Origin: Phoronis australis
Lineage: Eukaryota; Animalia; Phoronida
Length of the DNA: 64,000 nucleotides
Assembly: GCA_002633005.1 (NCBI GenBank)
Contig: NMRA01000500.1
Coordinates: forward strand, 191,853 to 255,852
Direction of reading: 5' to 3'
This document shows positions 61,801 to 64,000 of this stretch, in pieces. The notes below the pieces were generated by a model. That model did no database searches and had not been told where the DNA came from. It was given only the letters and a program-made list of their open reading frames with translations. The position numbers and the translations under genes are program-made. Numbering within the stretch: the stretch's first letter is position 1; every line of letters begins with the position of its first letter.

Positions 61801-64000
61801 AGTACTGTCACAATGCAAAAGCAAATTTCAGCAGATTTAGGACAAGCTAACAGTCTGTAGTATCGCTTGTGATCAGCAGCTGATTATTGTTTGATAACGT
61901 TGTTGTCCTGTATTACACTGCAATAGCACTCTCCTTTGTCCCGAACACCTCATTTTGGAAATCAAGCACATTTTTGTACCTCTTATTGATGCTGGGAAGG
62001 TGAAGAATTTCACATCAGACATTCACGGGTATTTGTCCAGTTTATCAAACTTTTTCACGTCGGAGTTGCAGCCCACAGCACAGCAGTAATACTTTGTTGG
62101 CATTGGAAGCATGAATAGAGTAATGCAACTGAGAAAAACTTGTAAAGAATCAGACAACAACAAAAAACATATGAAACTCCAATTGCACGAAAACGAGGCA
62201 GCAAATGTGCCTGACAAATGTTTACGGCATTGTGGGTAAATACATCGAGATTTGAGTGTCGCTGTGTAATCCAGGAATGCCCTATTGCTCGAATGGATCA
62301 GCTATTGTGCACATTGAAACGCATGGCTAAAAAGGTTAACAAATTCAGTTTGCATTTAATTACAAGTTTCCTATGATAATAAAATGGTGTCATCAAGTGT
62401 TACTCTATAACAATAGATGCATTATAATGTCTCATAATCGCCTTGGCAACATTTTCAGGTCATTTGGTAATGCACTCGGTAATTGTCTTGGGGACAGGGA
62501 TTATTTGAAGTTGATCAACAAAGCACCTAAAGCCGTAAGTTGTGCATTATAACTCAATAATCCAGTGTTAATTGAGAAGATGATTGAAGTGCCTGAGTTC
62601 TTAGTGTCTGCTTTCATCATTATTGTTACTCCAGCTTCTTTCATTTGCCATGATATGAAATGTGCTCTAAATACTTTGCATGTAAATGTTTAGATTTATG
62701 TGTGTGCAGCTGAATGTCAATCAGTTTGTTTACAATGTTTAAGGCATTCGATCACACGTTATGTATAATTCAAAAAGCGGTCTGAGCAATTTTTTCATGA
62801 AGGTAGATGCAATAATTTCAAAACGTTAAATTTGAAGTGTGAGTTTCCATAATTTTTGCAACATTTTAAAGTTGACATTTTTGGATACGTGGTTCTTTGT
62901 CACCAACTGAGAGCTGAGAAGTGCTTCATGATCTCCGGTCTATAAACAATGTTTTTAATTTGCTTAATTTGGCATGGATGTTGCTAAACTCGTATTTATT
63001 CAGGAGACAGTTGTCACAGAGCAACTAACACAGAATAGCTGTTCAGGTGAAAGTGTGTGTGTGTCAACACGACTCACCCCTAGCAAGTTGACACTGTGAT
63101 GGCCATTTTTGACATTGGTTTATGAGGTAGAACAAGTCGTTTTAGTTTCAACTACAAGTCCACTCACAAACTGGGGCAGGACAGAAGCGATTATCTCAGT
63201 TACCCTTTCGTAATAGCGTATGTACGAGTATTTCGTTAGCATTCCCCATAGCTTGGGTGTTTGCTGTTTTTTATGAAAGCATTCATACACAGCCTTTGTG
63301 GAAATGACTCATGCTGATCTAGTTTGCGAAAATGCAACAAAAGTGGAGCACGTCACTGTTTGACATCACCATGACTACTGCTCCCCATGTAAAAACAGCT
63401 CAAGATTCGGAAATGACATGCAATTCATTGACCGTTCACATAAATACTTTGACCAGGCATTGAAGTCCCATGCACTGCTAGGTAGGTCAAGCTGGTGGAT
63501 CAATCCATTAAATCCATTTCCGTGTTCATTTGTGAATGGTAACTCACTGTATTAAAGAACCAAAACAAACTAAGGATTCCTCCCCGAAACATGGACTAAA
63601 ACTATTAGTTTTCAAAGATTGGAATTCCAAGGACTTGACTATAGCTGGAAATATATATTTATTCCAGGCCAATTTTGACTCATAGCTAATTGGCCAGATT
63701 AGTCCTGTATCCAGCCACTGGATTAAGTATTTCTTTGTCTTGAGTTTTGAGATTACCCTTCATATTATTAGTGGTGCTCTTATGTCACACAACATTCTTT
63801 GTTACTTGTCCAATAGGCATCAAGTCCTGTGGAGATGTCTTCACTCAAACGCAAAGATGCAGACGCAGCAGTTGTAAAAGCGAGGTACACTCGAAGGCCT
63901 GTTCAACAAACAGAGCAGTTCAATTTGAATAAAGCATCAACAAGTTCAGATAACACCATCTTCGTGCAAGATAACTTGAATCGTGTGATTACTCACAGCC
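58848..64000 (+). CDS. RAD52: DNA repair protein RAD52, 5' part, continues beyond the window
   Basis: Exons 58848-58904, 59947-60048, 60232-60325, 60919-60986, 61427-61545, 62459-62534, 63817->64000, phases compatible. Peptides [88 protein letters not shown]. Confidence 0.96.
62025..62250 (-). pseudogene. THAP-domain N-terminal remnant of a DNA transposon in a RAD52 intron
   Basis: [26 protein letters not shown]; homolog of 49220-49470. Confidence 0.55.

Overview
AT-rich, intron-containing eukaryotic DNA from a draft assembly (two large gaps, several single-N joins); gene and repeat content suggest an invertebrate animal (inference). Host genes: multi-exon FRMD8 (+, core 42428-52889, possible upstream exons from 25231), intronless GLOD4 (-, 57109-57990), RAD52 (+, from 58848, runs off the window) head-to-head with GLOD4, and an orphan SAYSD1-like first coding exon (-, 23320-23430). 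The rest is mostly transposon debris: a Penelope-like retroelement, two TTAA-flanked THAP-carrying Kolobok-like elements, tRNA-derived SINEs and several MITEs. The standout is a ~3.8 kb minus-strand LTR-retrotransposon-like element at 3198-7019. Its order is LTR, tRNA-Ser PBS, helix-hairpin-helix + Gag + CCHC knuckle, a UUUAAAC -1 frameshift signal with hairpin, a linker, a TatD nuclease with all metal ligands, PPT and a 10-bp LTR stub. No protease, RT, RNase H or integrase is visible: TatD sits in the pol reading frame. All calls are from reading by eye; no database searches were run.
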